Notes: a model not told the origin generated them from the letters alone. Counted from the whole stretch's first letter, positions 13,642-28,270 are shown. The stretch: 56,575 nucleotides of DNA, filler included, from Dugesia japonica (GCA_001938525.1; 5 parts of 5 records of this genome joined end to end with filler, not necessarily neighbours in it); one strand, 5' to 3'. A program made the numbers and translations.

Positions 13642-15108
13642 ATAGATTTCACAATAGTAACCAATTCAATTTTTCCTCAGTTAACATAACGAATAAAACG
13701 ACTTCATCCTATTCAAAAGGTTTATCATTACCAGAAATTATTATCTATTCAATATTAGGTGGGATAGTTGTTATTATTACTGTGGTAGGAAATTTACTCG
13801 TTCTCACTAGTTTTGTTGTTGAACGACAACTTCGAACAATCAGTAACTATTTTCTTCTTTCATTAGCTGCTGCAGATTTAATGATTGGGTTGGTTTCTAT
13901 GCCTCTTTATACAGGGTATTTAGTTGTTGGTGAATGGCCTTTACCCTATTATATATGCGACTTGTGGTTGTCTATTGATTATACGATTTCAAACGCTAGT
14001 GTTGCAAATTTATTGATTATTTCCATTGATCGATATTGTTCTGTCACTCGGCCACTGACCTATAGAATTAAGAGAACATCAAAAAAAGTTTCAATTTGGA
14101 TAGGGATAGCATGGATTATTTCTGCTCTTTTATGGACGCCTTTGATTTACATTTGGCCTATTATTGATGGAAAACGAAATGTTAAACCAAAAGAGTGCTA
14201 TATACAATTTATTCAATCAAGTTACTTATTAACACTTTTGACGGCAAGTCTAGCTTATTTTATACCAGTTACAATCATATCAATATTGTATTTTCGCATT
14301 TACAGAGAGACTAATTTAAGACAAAAAGTATTGAAAAAAATGCATGGGTTGCCAATAAAAACGAATTATCAATCTTCAAATGGTTCTAGATCATCGAATA
14401 TCCATAAGAACCATTCTAAAGAAAACCCATTTCAAAATTTAATTAAAAAGTTTAGTTCATTTAAAAGCTTATCATCTGGAGGTAATAAAAGTTCTAATTA
14501 TTTTAATAGTTTTACGTCGCATCCTTTTCGACCAAATTCAATTACTGGATTTTCAACTCAGATTTCAATTAATCAAGAAGCAGAAAGCTCAAAATATGAA
14601 TACGGAAGATCTATTTATTCAGAATTGAGTGCATCCAATCATAGATTACGTTATAGTAAATCACAATCACTTGACTCAAATTCATCATTACCTGAACCAA
14701 TATTTAATAATAAAAATGAAACAGAGAAAACTGTGTATAAATGTAGTGTTGGAAATATTAATATTCCTGAAGAAGTCAAAATTAGACCAAATAGAATTGA
14801 TTCTCCGATTCGTCAGCTTTCACTCAAATCTCAAAGAAAAAAATCGTGTGATATAGAAAGCTTAAATCACTTAGTCATAGCAAATCCAAATGCTAAAGAA
14901 TTTCCAAATAATCCTACCAGTAGTAGCACTATGGTGATGTTATCACATTGTTCAGGTTCACAGAAATCCGAAAATAAGGCTGCAAAAACACTTAGTGCGA
15001 TTTTATTAGCATTTTTTATCACTTGGACTCCTTACAATATTTTTACAGTAATAAATGCTTTTTATTCTGCTGAAAATCAACCAATCGGACCCACAGTATA
15101 TAATTTGG
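13642..15108 (+). CDS. muscarinic acetylcholine receptor, large exon TM1-TM6 (partial gene)
   Basis: GNLLV, NYFLLSLAAADL, CDLWLSIDY..SNASVANLLIISIDRY, C.IQF, AAKTLSAILLAFFITWTPYNI are muscarinic signatures; AAxTLSAILLAF resembles the M1/M3/M5/GAR-3 type. Likely acceptor ttttag at 13641, donor G|gtatga at 15108/9. First exon and TM7 exon not found. Confidence 0.92.
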
Positions 15109-15369
15109 GTATGAAATTATTTTTATCTATTTAGTTTTATCTATTTTACTTGGTTTTTTGTATTTAAATATGTTTTATTATTTAGGAATCAACTAGAAAT
15201 GAAATTTATTTGTTTATATAAATTGATATATGTTAGATGTTGACAAAATTTAAATAATTGAACACAGATCTGGATTATTTTTAAATATTAAGAATAATAG
15301 TTTAACTTACTAATTTTCATTGAATAACATAACTACTACATAGGTAGAGATTACAGTTTAATAATAAAC

Positions 15370-15593
15370 CCATTCAAGGATAAGAAATCCGTTAAAAGGC
15401 ACTTTGAATGTTTTTTGAAAATAGACCTGAAAAGTTCTACAAACGCAGAATAATGAAAGTGGCAGAAAGATATGAGACGTTGATTGATAAAAATGGGCAA
15501 CACATTACTTATTTAAATTTTTTTTTTAAAAAAAACCTTTTTGGTTTTATGGCTTTTCAAACAAACCAAACGAACTTACTTACCAACCTAATA
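15370..15593 (+). mobile_element. mariner transposase C-terminus and right TIR
   Basis: FFENRPEKFYKRRIMKVAERYETLIDKNGQH followed by TIR-like acgaacttacttaccaacctaata. Confidence 0.75.
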
Positions 15594-18500
15594 CTTTGCA
15601 AGAATTTAACATCGGTAATTAATATTAGATTTAAGCAAAAATAATACTCGATGAGAAAATTTCGAAACACTAGTTAACTTCATTCACATCAGAAAATCCG
15701 ACTCTACTCACATTGAATCTCTTCACTCTCAAGAATGCCAGCCTGTACGCTGAAATATTGAACAATCTATGAAAATAGAAGAACAGCAATTTTGATTTGT
15801 GCTTGTAAAATGCTTTTAACAANNNNNNNNNNNNNNNNNNNNNNNNNNNNNNNNNNNNNNNNNNNNNNNNNNNNNNNNNNNNNNNNNNNNNNNNNNNNNN
15901 NNNNNNNNNNNNNNNNNNNNNNNNNNNNNNNNNNNNNNNNNNNNNNNNNNNNNNNNNNNNNNNNNNNNNNNNNNNNNNNNNNNNNNNNNNNNNNNNNNNN
16001 NNNNNNNNNNNNNNNNNNNNNNNNNNNNNNNNNNNNNNNNNNNNNNNNNNNNNNNNNNNNNNNNNNNNNNNNNNNNNNNNNNNNNNNNNNNNNNNNNNNN
16101 NNNNNNNNNNNNNNNNNNNNNNNNNNNNNNNNNNNNNNNNNNNNNNNNNNNNNNNNNNNNNNNNNNNNNNNNNNNNNNNNNNNNNNNNNNNNNNNNNNNN
16201 NNNNNNNNNNNNNNNNNNNNNNNNNNNNNNNNNNNNNNNNNNNNNNNNNNNNNNNNNNNNNNNNNNNNNNNNNNNNNNNNNNNNNNNNNNNNNNNNNNNN
16301 NNNNNNNNNNNNNNNNNNNNAAAAAAATTAAATAATAATTCTCTAATAATAAATACTAAATTTGCTGAATTTTGTATACGAATTTTTATTTTGAGAATTT
16401 CTTAAAAAATTCGAAGTATTTTTTTGAATATAATTTTCTAATGTATAACATTAAAAATTTTTTTTTGTATTTTCTTTTGGTATTTTTGAAAAATTTTATT
16501 TTTCAAAGAATATTTTTGTAATATTTTTGTAATTAGACCTGAATTTAAATTTGTCGAATTTTCAAAAAAATTAGACCTGAACTTGTTTGTTTTGATTAAT
16601 TGAGTATTTCCAATAGTTATGTATGTTATAACAACTTATCTTTTACTTACTTTTGTTACATTATATTTAATATTTTTTCTTTATTAATCTAAAAATCCGC
16701 TAAATCTCTGGAAAGATTTTTAACTTCAAAATTTTTTAAAAAAAGAGGATATTACGCTTATCTTATTTAAATAGATTTCCTTCATTCATTTTTTTATATT
16801 TTTTTAAAATTTACGTTGAGATTGCTTTGAAAAATCTAACTAAATCCTTGTTTTGAAAAAATTTTAAATAAAAATGTTTTATCAAATATCCAGTTATTTT
16901 AAATTAAATCAATGGTTAGAATAATAAAAATAGAAAATTTATTTTAATGTTTGCACCAATTGACCGAGAATATGTTCAATAAATTTAATGTTATAATTAT
17001 TAACCAATGAAAATTAATTTCAATCAGATTAATTTATATTTTTTAATAGATGTTTATTACCAGAATGAATTGAAGAAGATTATGCTAAAATATTGAACAA
17101 TCTATGAAAATAGAAGAACAGCAATTTTGATTTGTGCTTGTTAAATGCTTTTAACAAAAAAGTTTTATCAAAACTTCTGTTATTTTAGATTATACCTGTC
17201 TAAATTATACCCATCTGTTTAATTAAAAAAATTAAATAATAATTCTCTAATAATAAATACTAAATTTGCTGAATTTTGTATACGAATTTTTATTTTGAAG
17301 GAAATCGATAAATCAAATATTAAGTTTATTCAATTTTAATATAAACTCTTTATTAATAACTCAACTACACAAATTTAACACACTGCGATAAACAAAGTCC
17401 TATTTCAGGCTGAAAAAATCCTCCCTATGCTTAATCATGTCCTGGTTTGGCAAGCGTAAAACTGTCAAACAAAATAAATTAGAAAGAAATAAGAAAAAAA
17501 TGCAAAGAAGTCGTGGGGAAATTATTATAGCTCTTATTAACTTTTTTTACATTACACAATGCAACTCTTCTCACATTGATTCTCTCCACTCTCAAGAATA
17601 CCAACCTGTCCATTGTGGAAACTTCAATTCATACTCGACCAAACTGTGCATTTTCTGATCGAGAAAAGAGCAGATTTTCTAATCACATTAGTGCCGAAAC
17701 CAACCTGTTTTAGCACTGTTTTATTTTTAACATACCATAATACCAGAGACTCTACTGAGATTGTCTTAAGGAGGACTTTTTAATTTAGAAGGTTTTTCTA
17801 AATTTTCTCCTTGAGTGATGTGTTTATTTATGTCCGATTCCCTTGTTAACTTTAAATAACTGGATGCTTCGTAAGGGGTCTTCGCGTTCAGTAAGATAAT
17901 ATGCTTCTTTCTAACAAGTCAACGCGATTAGTCATGTTAACAAAGTTACAGGTCTGATCGACAATGACTATGAAGCTTGTGCTGGCTTTAAAAAAGCTAG
18001 CAATCAACTAAATACATCATAATTATTAATAATAATTAGTGTGAAATAAATTAAATCTTTACAAGATAATGTGCATTTTTATTAGTGAAAGTCTTGATAA
18101 AAACAAAATCATTTTTTTCAATTTCAATTATTAATCTTTTTTAAGAAGCTTATTAAAATTGTTTATAGATTTCGATTCAATTTGTATTACAAATAATTAA
18201 AAGAAATAATAAATAAATATTTTTTTGTTAAAGTTTAACAGAGAATAAAGAGAAATTTCAAATAAACTATAAAGAAAACAATAAAAAAAACACTTATCTG
18301 GACCGGTATTTTCTGATTATTTCAAATATTTTACAAGTCTAATAAACTGTCTAATTGATGAGATTACGCTTGAAATTTTTGAAAATTTTCACATTGATTT
18401 GAAGTGTTGTATTTCAACTTAGAAGTGTAATCACGTATTAGTTTTCGACGCATTCAAATCTTTACTTGGGATTTTTAGATTGATTATTTTAATTTAATTT

Positions 18501-19563
18501 ATTTGAAAAACCAAATTCTTATTTGATAATCCAACTTCTATGGCAATTGGTAATGAAGTTCTAATTTAATCGGTTTTATTTTCTGAGGGTAGTTTAATAA
18601 CTCTGGTAAAAATGAAACAAGAAATAATACATTTACGCAAAAGAAAATTTTTTTTATCATAATCTCTATAAAGTTTCAAAAATTTATTCCAACGTTTCTC
18701 AATTCACTTTACTTCTTCTTTGTAGTATGATTTATCTAAAACTTTCAAAATGGGCATTAACTTCAAGTATGACTGTAGTATTTGATCTAGATTTTCTAGA
18801 ATAAGAAATAAACGGAACTAAATCTGGAAAACATAGTGGATGTGATAATATTTGAAATGGTTTTGAAATAAAATTTTGCCATTATTAGTATTGAGAACTA
18901 AATACAAATTAATAAAATTGTATTATAATAAAAAATGGCAATTACACACTAATTGCATTCTTAAATATGGGGAATATAAGTGATCGAATGATTCGAGAAA
19001 TATATTGTATAATTAACAATGTTCATACAGATTGCATCAATCGCAACTTACATACGGGTCACATCAATATTTAATTATCAGAAATATATCCTACTCACAT
19101 CTATTATAGTAACAATTCCTGTGTCATGGTGGACCAACTTCTTATTTTCAACATGCGTGGTCGTTTTGCAAGTACAATTATTGTTTTGTTGTCATAGTCT
19201 ACTGTGTGTGCGCATTCAATGAAACGTACCTCGCTAATTATATTTATTAACTTGAATTTCAGAGCATGTTTTTGTTTACTTTTGATCTTTTTGCTTTTTA
19301 GTATTATCAGATTTTTGTATTTCCTATTAATCACTTTAATTCTTAATTCTTTTTTCTCATAAATATATTCTTATATTTTTAAAATATTTTTATCGAGCAA
19401 AATTGTAATTTATACCACTTATTATTTTTTTTGATGAAATTATTTCATAATTTTTAAATCCTCATTATTTTGCTTTCTACGTGATTTTCTTTTAAATAAT
19501 TTTACGGGTTCAATAATTTACAAGAGTTTATTAGATAAATTTCTAACACAAATAATTTATTTG

Positions 19564-19567
<4 letters not shown>

Positions 19568-19614
<47 letters not shown>

Positions 19615-19717
19615 CATTATTATTATTATTATTATTANNNNNNNNNNNNNNNNNNNNNNNNNNNNNNNNNNNNNNNNNNNNNNNNNNNNNNNNNNNNNNN
19701 NNNNNNNNNNNNNNNNN

Positions 19718-19782
<65 letters not shown>
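19568..19782. repeat. (TTA)n microsatellite spanning a gap
   Basis: Read directly. Confidence 0.95.
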
Positions 19783-19783
<1 letters not shown>

Positions 19784-20259
19784 ATAAGTAAATTGAATAG
19801 CAAATGTTTAATAAAACATTAATAATGCCATTCAAAATTTTATTGGTAAATATTTCGAAGGATCATCCGTCTTTATCAGACGAAATTTTCAAAAATGGGT
19901 TTATTCAGTCTATATTATTTTAACAAAGATTCAAGCAATTATACTGAATATAAGATGGATATAATCATAATTCTTAATTTTTTAAATTTTAACAATTTTT
20001 CAATAAAAAATTTATTTATATTCTAATAAAATTTTTCTAATAATAATATAGAATTATCATTTTAAACCTATAAAAATCAAAAAATCTAAAATATATTTTT
20101 TTCAAAATTTTTAAAAAAACCTATAAAATAATAAAATTAAAAATTATTTTGAAAATATAAAATACAAAACTTATAAAAACCTATGAAAACATGAAAATAT
20201 AAAAATTTTAAAAATTAAAAAACTTTTTATAACTAAAAAATTTTAATCAATTTAGTCAA

Positions 20260-21060
20260 AAAAGCTGCCTGTACATTAATGCTTGGATTATGAAATCTAA
20301 TCATACAACACTCTTTCCCAGTTATTCTTAAATTGCTTAGACAAAATTTTAAAATTTGAAATTTCAACATTTGCATTACATTTATTTTTCTTTTTATTTT
20401 TATGCTCAGCAATATTACTACCACCACCAAAACTATTATGCTCTTGAACTGATGTACAGAGATAACAGACAGTTTCTCCAATGTGTGTGGCATCACACCC
20501 ATACATTTGAATTGATAAACAAGGTTAGAACAAAAACCAATTAGTGCATGGAATTTATTAACAAAGCTATTAACAATCTTATGGGAAGTAGAAACAATTT
20601 TCAATAAAGGAAGANCCTTAGCAGCTTTCAGAATCGACTTCTTATACTTTTTAAAACCTTCAGAATAAAGAATCGATAAAACAAATGACAGTTTGACAAA
20701 GGGTAATAAAGTTCAGGATTTTTCAACACAGTTTCAATGATTTTATCGAAATCAATATTATTAACAACCAATATTTTGTCAATTGTCTGTGAAGTCAATG
20801 AATTTGGAAATTGTTTATTATATCCATTAGCTTGCAGTAATTTTAATGCATGTTCAATATTTTTAATGGATTTTGAAAAATAACATTAAACCCTTTATAA
20901 TGTTCCTTTTACAAAGGCGTTAATGATAAGATTTTATAATCGATGCAATTATGTACAGAAAGTTCTTTCGACTAAATTGATTAAAATTTTTAGATATAAA
21001 AGGTTTTTAATTTTTATTCTAGTATCCTGCAAATTTGGTGCTGTATGAGGAGAATAACTT
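20260..21060 (-). mobile_element. Penelope-like retroelement 3' part (RT tail and GIY-YIG endonuclease), decayed
   Basis: Frameshifted SNLVYQFKC / GCDATHIGETVCYLCTSVQEH...NFKIL...ERVLY...PSINVQ matches PLE GIY-YIG (VY.F.C..C...YIGET.R.L..R..EH); upstream LQANGY-like segment. Confidence 0.8.
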
Positions 21061-22035
21061 TTNNNNNNNNNNNNNNNNNNNNNNNNNNNNNNNNNNNNNN
21101 NNNNNNNNNNNNNNNNNNNNNNNNNNNNNNNNNNNNNNNNNNNNNNNNNNNNNNNNNNNNNNNNNNNNNNNNNNNNNNNNNNNNNNNNNNNNNNNNNNNN
21201 NNNNNNNNNNNNNNNNNNNNNNNNNNNNNNNNNNNNNNNNNNNNNNNNNNNNNNNNNNNNNNGATTCATCTATTCATTGATTAATTGATTGATTGATTTA
21301 TTAATTGATTGATTGATTGATTGATTAATTGATAAGTAGAATAAGTAAAAGAAATAAGTAAAAAGGTAAATTAAAATTAANNAAAGCTTTGAAAAGTCAT
21401 CAAACATGTAATTATGAATAAACAACATAGAAATCATAGCATCGTGTAAAGTGGGTGCTGCATGATGTGAAGTAACATAAATTAGACGCCAAATTGTGTC
21501 ATTAATCTAATTGATAATGTAATTAATGAAGAGATGGTAAATAATTGGGATATAATTTACAGTTAAAAAAATCTGTAATCAAAAATAACAATTTATAAAT
21601 TTTAAAGTGTTTCTCGACAATTAAATCGCAAAATAGTTTTATTTTTAAAATTTGAAAATGAAAGTTTGCGTAATAATATACCAATTTATTTTATACAAAT
21701 GATTGTTTTAATCTTCATTATTAAATTTTTTAATTTTATTTCTATTTTCAATGAGCTTCGAATTTAACAATGAATTTTGTTATTTGAGATAATTAACAGT
21801 TAATTTTGTTTTTAATTAATTTCTATTGTTTTATTTATTTAATTGGAATTTTTACTCAACTGAATAAAATTGAACCTTTTTTATTTAAATTTGCACACTA
21901 GATAAATTTTGATTATTTTGTGCTAATAAATGGCTGAAATGAAGTTTAATTTAAAGCAAACGCAAAAAAACGTGGAAGAAAATATACAGGAAATTACTTA
22001 TTTAATAAATTAATCAATGTTTAATTTACTTTTTA

Positions 22036-22041
22036 TTAATA

Positions 22042-22105
<64 letters not shown>

Positions 22106-22249
22106 NNNNNNNNNNNNNNNNNNNNNNNNNNNNNNNNNNNNNNNNNNNNNNNNNNNNNNNNNNNNNNNNNNNNNNNNNNNNNNNNNNNNNNNNNNNNNNN
22201 NNNNNNNNNNNNNNNNNNNNNNNNNNNNNNNNNNNNNNNNNNNNNNNNN

Positions 22250-22314
<65 letters not shown>
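22036..22314. repeat. (AAT)n microsatellite spanning a gap
   Basis: Read directly. Confidence 0.95.
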
Positions 22315-22317
<3 letters not shown>

Positions 22318-23972
22318 CAAAAGAGTCGTTCAATGTTTGCATTAGTTATATGAAATTAATGCAAAGTTATGGCATTGTCCTATTTAGTTATGTCAAATGA
22401 AATGTTGTAATGCGCTAATTCAGAGAATTTAGAAAGAGATTGCAAACAGAAAAACTATATTTAAACCACAAAGCATTTTAGATGGACAAGAAATCATTAA
22501 AACAAATGAACTTGTTGTCAAATAAGTGTTGAGAAAATTTTGAGTAATCAGATGCAAATGAAGTAATTAAGTAAAATATTAAACAGTTACTATAATTGCA
22601 ATACTTATTGGACTTAACCATAGATCGATTTGATATTTGAAAATTCCTGACCAAGACAATAGTCCAAAATTCCGATAGCTACTAAAAAAGAAATAAAAAG
22701 AAACAAAACAACAATTTGATCAAAGCTTTTAAATAACAGAAATCTAAAATATTAAACATTACGCAGAATCTTATATGGAGGGTTGTTGATAAATTTTATT
22801 AGAAATAGGTTCATTATATGCTTGTATGGATTCGAACCTAAATCTTATCTCGCGAATGAAAAATAAAAAGAAAGTGTGTACCCGATGGACCATATTTTGA
22901 TATTGAAATGGTGTGTTATGAGTAAATTAAAGTTACCATTTCAATATATATTACAATCTTTATTTGTAATTCACTAAATCGAATAAATAATATTAGTTTT
23001 ATCATATTTCCATGTCAAAAATTTTATTTTTATCTCAATTAATTATAATATTTTACAAAATTATCTATTTAAAAATTTCTTAGTTTTATTGATTATAAAT
23101 TTTTTTTTAATTTATTTTTTAAATTTCTTATTTAATTTTTAATTTAAAAATGTTATTAGTGAATATTGGAATTTAAAATCTGTTTGAGAATTTTAATGTC
23201 TATTTTTTTAATATTTGTTTTGAATTCATTTAATAAAACGAAAAAGATTAATAATTTCTATTAAAATTATTTCTTTATTAATTACGGTTTCATTCAGTAG
23301 TCGAATATCCTAAAGTAGTTCATGCATTTTTGAGGAGTTTTTATTTCTCTCCAATTTTCCTGTCACGAAATTTAACATTAATTCAAATATTTCTTTTCAA
23401 TAATTATACTTCATTTCATTTAAGTTTCATTTAATTAAAATTTGATTTCAATTTTTTTTACTATATTATCAGTTATTTGTTTATATTCTATTTTTAATTT
23501 AATTGAAATACTAGAATGGTCATTATTAGTTTGATTACCAATATCACTAGTTTCCATAATAAACTTATTTAATTATAAGTTAATTTGATTTTGATTAAAA
23601 GCTAAAAATATAAATATTCATAATATTCAAACAAGTTAACTCATATCAGTATATCAATAAAACAATATATTTAAAATAACTAATGCCTTTGAAATTCAAA
23701 AATATTTATAATTTAATATTTACCTATGTATACATTCAATTAAATTTTAATTTAAAATTAAAATACATAATCCATCATTACAAGATTGAGCCTTTAAATA
23801 AATTTCAAAAGAAAATATATATTCTAATAAAAATCATTCTTTCAAATTAAAATTTAAATCTTGATACATTTTATTATTACAATTATTGCGAGAATAATTT
23901 TTAGACTTAACCGTTGATCGCATTTGAGATTTCATTAAAATAAAGAAAAAGATAAAATGTATTTTGATAGAA

Positions 23973-24006
23973 ATTCAAATTTTCGACGCTTGTCTTCTTC
24001 AGGAAT
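23973..24006 (-). ncRNA. minimal hammerhead ribozyme motif
   Basis: Minus strand ATTC-CTGAAGA-A-GAC AAGC GTC-GAAA-ATT-T-GAAT: stem I, core and stem II all pair. Confidence 0.55.
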
Positions 24007-25840
24007 ATGATGATGACTTTTTCCTAGATTCAAAACGATAATAGNTCTTTGTTACAAAATTCTTTATCTTTTATCTCAATTTTATTGGTCTATTAAATTT
24101 TAATTTTAATTCTAAATTAACTTAATTTAAATCTCAAAATTAAACCGAAAAAGCTTTTAAATGTTTAATTATTAGTTGGGTTTTGATATAATTTTCATAT
24201 AATAAAAATTTGTTTTTGATACATTTAATAAAATTTTCAAATAAAAACACCAAATAATATTGAGGATAAATTTTAATAAATTCGTTTTTATCAACAAAAG
24301 ATTTATATTAAAAAAAAAATTTTAACAAGCAAAGATCAAAGTTGTTGTTCTTTTATTTAAAATATTTCGGCATAGCCCTCTTCAGGAACTGTTGTTCAGT
24401 AAATTCTTATCACAAACTTTGACATGAAAATAGATTTTAAATAAATCTGAGTAAAATAAATTTTCATTNNNNNNNNNNNNNNNNNNNNNNNNNNNNNNNN
24501 NNNNNNNNNNNNNNNNNNNNNNNNNNNNNNNNNNNNNNNNNNNNNNNNNNNNNNNNNNNNNNNNNNNNNNNNNNNNNNNNNNNNNNNNNNNNNNNNNNNN
24601 NNNNNNNNNNNNNNNNNNNNNNNNNNNNNNNNNNNNNNNNNNNNNNNNNNNNNNNNNNNNNNNNNNNNNNNNNATAAGTTTTAATATTCAATTTAAAATT
24701 CTAAAATTTAATTTAAAATAAATATAATTGGAACACAATATTAAATTTAAAAATTTCATAAGGCATAAGCTATTTCTTGCAGTCATAAATCAAGCTGTTT
24801 TTGATTTGCTTTTTTGTTCCTCTTGACAATGGATTAGTTGTTTCCATTTTGGATATTTGATTAAAATCATCATCTTTACATTGAACTCTAACTTCGATAT
24901 TTTGAATTCAAACTTTCATTTTATAAAAGAAAATATAATATTTTCAGTGTTTTAAACGTCATAATATTAAATTTTGGATTAATATCAATCAATTTAAACT
25001 TAATTTCTATTAATTTTGTGAATAATTAATTAATTATTTATAATAATATACTGTTTTGTATAACATTGTATCATACCGATGATTGTATGAAAATGAAATA
25101 TTTATCTCTAATGAAATATTTATCTCTAAATTTTGTTACATTCATGCATTACTGATTTTATAACTTGTGTTTAGTAAATGATTTTTTCTCGAATTTGATT
25201 GGTTGTTCAAATGAACGATTTTTAGACTGATGAAATAAACAGTTGACATTTTTCGACATCAAATCCTTTAGTTCATACATCTATAGCCATGATAAAGAAC
25301 CAACAAGTTTGATTTTTTATCAATATATTTAATACTCGGTTTATTGCTTTATAATCCGTTTATCGATAAAACTTGAAATCTGAATCAAATAAAATACACG
25401 TATTCATACGTTGTTAGTAGGTGGTTAGGTGCAGACACGGGCGGAAGTGACGCAATCACCGTTCACCCCTCTTTATGTAAACAATAATAGGTGTGAATTA
25501 TCACACCTTTTAGGTCAACTTTCACACCTTTATTTGACCTGAAAAATTAATTTTTATTTTTTTCGAGTAAATTACACTATTAAATGTAAACAATTTATTT
25601 TTCATTGTTTCTTTGTTTAAAGCGTTGTGCATTGAGTAATAATACATGAAATTATTAATGTTATTATTATTATTTTAAATGTTTTTCAATTTTAGGTGTG
25701 AATTTTCACACTTCATTTGATCTCAAATCAATTTTCTTGTTTTAATTAGCACGAAAAATTTCACACATTTATTTTATTAAAAATTAAAAGCGTGGCGCAT
25801 TGAAAGTTAAAAATTCAAATTAATTTTTTATTGTTTTAAT

Positions 25841-25940
25841 NNNNNNNNNNNNNNNNNNNNNNNNNNNNNNNNNNNNNNNNNNNNTTAATTAATTAANNNN
25901 NNNNNNNNNNNNNNNNNNNNNNNNNNNNNNNNNNNNNNNN
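25841..25940. other. artificial assembly spacer
   Basis: 44N-TTAATTAATTAA-44N. Confidence 0.93.
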
Positions 25941-27079
25941 TATTATTATTATTATATTATTAATAGTAGTAGTAGTTAACAATTGAAACATTTTTATGTA
26001 AATTTATAAATTTATTATAAATCGAATTTATTTGGTTTTGCTGTAAATCATTCGAAATTTTTTCGAAGTTGTGATATTTCTGTAAGAATCAATTAAAATA
26101 TTTATGTGTAAAACGTTTTCTGGTAAGATTTTTCGTGCAATATGGTGCCAGTTATTGTTAGTTATTGATTTTCCAAGCCTACATGATATTCAATAAATAT
26201 TTGCATAAGTATTATATTCAAACAGCTGTCTTTGAGATTAATAAATATTGACGTAATTGTAAATTATATATGAATATTAAAATTGTAAATCTGCGAACAA
26301 AATTTACATTTTTTTGTAACTTCATATATTGATTGCATAATTGGTTTTACACGACTAATTTTGCTAATATCTCATAAGCATTTCTNTTATTCTATTATGG
26401 ATTTCATTGAGAAATTGTTTTATCTTTACAAAATTCAGTTATTTGTAAATTAAATAAGACCTCTGCACTTTTACCTACTAAAATTCATCATAAAGATTAT
26501 CTAAAAATCTATTGTTTGAAGATAGATGCCTTTTCATTTTATTTATCTACATGAACATTGAATTCTCTTTAAAATAAATGTGATTCTATCAGTCATCTAA
26601 TTATTTACAAATATTAATGAATTAGTTTCACGTTTTTCATTCATATTTTGATCCTGCATGATTTATAGTAATCATTGATAACTTTTCTTGCAAAGAACGC
26701 ATTTCATTGAAATATGAAAATTTTTAGAAAATATTAATAAGTATTTTTAGCGAAAGAATTTATTCTGATTTTCAATGTCAACAAATACATTTTCATTATT
26801 CTATTTGTCATAGTTATTTTTAAGGCAAATTGTCTAGTTAGAAACCTTGAAATTTATTACAAAATATGAGTTTGTTGAAATTAAAAGTATGCACTATAGG
26901 ATGTACTTTTCTCAATGAAACTTGAAAGTCAGGCGGTCGTATTAATTGTGAACTTTGTGTCGGTAAATATTTATCGAAATTATTTGAAGATGGCAAAACT
27001 CTATAATTTTTTTTATTTTTAATAAACAAATCACAAAATAATCGGAAACTAAATCAATATAGTTTATTTTATGTTCTAG

Positions 27080-27318
27080 ATGGAAATGGTGGTTTATATC
27101 GTGCTCTTTATAATTACAAATTGATAGATGATATGAAATCTCGAGGGATCAAATATGCACTTGTTTATGGAGTTGATAACATTCTCGTTAAGATTGCTGA
27201 TCCAGTTTTTTTGGGATTTTGTGTTGAGAAGGGAGCTGAATGTGCTGCGAAAGTCGTTGAAAAGGTTCATCCAAAAGAAGCGGTTGGAATAGTTGGTAAA
27301 GTCAATGGGTGTTATCAA
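27080..27318 (+). CDS. UAP1: UDP-N-acetylglucosamine pyrophosphorylase, internal exon
   Basis: ag|..[10 protein letters not shown]...[19 protein letters not shown]...AAKVVEK..PKEAVG...YQ|gtaagt. Confidence 0.92.
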
Positions 27319-27402
27319 GTAAGTTTATTGTATTATAGCTATTGATCAGTTTTTATTAAAGAATATAGACGTTTTCAAAATATTAGTTAATGAACTGAAA
27401 TA

Positions 27403-28270
27403 CAGGGTATTCATAAACTTTTTAGGCAATTTTATAAAGTTATTAAAAGTTAATTAAATATGAAGGCATAATATTTTCATATAAATATCAATTAACCCGT
27501 TTTTGCCCGAATTTTGTTTCCACGAAATTCATGATTATTTCAATAAAAACAGCTGCTCACTCTAAACGGATCAAACGTGCTAGATCACTTAACCGTACAC
27601 TCTTCACACTTGTTAACTATCGACTGGTGCAATCATAATCTATATTAGACAATCGATATTGGAGTGGGGATAAAAATAAGCAAAATATTCCAATAATGGA
27701 ACATTGGGCAAAATTTGGTTACTGTTTTATATAAAATGTTGGAAAATTTAAGTATAATTTACTTTATGAATTGCGAAATTTTTAAAATATCGCTTAGATG
27801 ACTACTTCGCAAGTAAAAAAAAAATAACGGCAGGCATTTATCTTAATACTCTAAGAGAGTTCATTTTACCACAATTGCAAGAGCAATTAATATCTAATAT
27901 CATTTTTCAGCAAGATGGCGTATTACTTCATTGGGGATAAAATTTCGTGGCTTTCTAAATAAAACTGTTTCAGGTTGATGAATAGAAAGAGGCGGCCCGA
28001 TTTTGTATCTTCCTGGTTCCCCCAATATAACACCAATGGATTTCTTTCTTGTGAGGTTACATGAAAAATACTCTGTATCAGATCAAAGTTAAAGATATAT
28101 AATGATCTGAAACAAAGGATAACTACGGCTGTAGATGTCATGGTAAAATGAATATTGACGGAAATTACGTATCGTTTGGTTATTCTCCGTGAAAGTAATG
28201 AAAAGCACACAGGAATTTTCTCTTGAGTTGAAAAAAAACTTTATTGAACACTTGATATTATTTAAACGTT
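27403..28270 (+). mobile_element. decayed Tc1/mariner-family element in a UAP1 intron
   Basis: Starts ta-cagggtattcataaac; translated remnants FQQDG, IGRGGP, PGSPNITPMDFFL*GYMK. Confidence 0.7.

Noticed and set aside
15792-16331. Long ORFs dominated by X (also at 21035, 24464, 32489, 35874, 55234 and others)
   Set aside because: Artefacts of translating N gaps.
15752-17297. Near-identical duplication of 15752-15822 plus 16321-16393 at 17087-17297
   Set aside because: Flanks a 500-N gap; most likely assembly redundancy or an ordinary repeat.
18300-19230. Coding-like decayed stretches (also 1000-1500 and 28740-29270)
   Set aside because: May be Penelope RT remnants, but no motif was clear enough to call without an alignment.
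19561-22400. Poly-Y/L/N ORFs
   Set aside because: Translations of (TTA)n/(AAT)n microsatellites.
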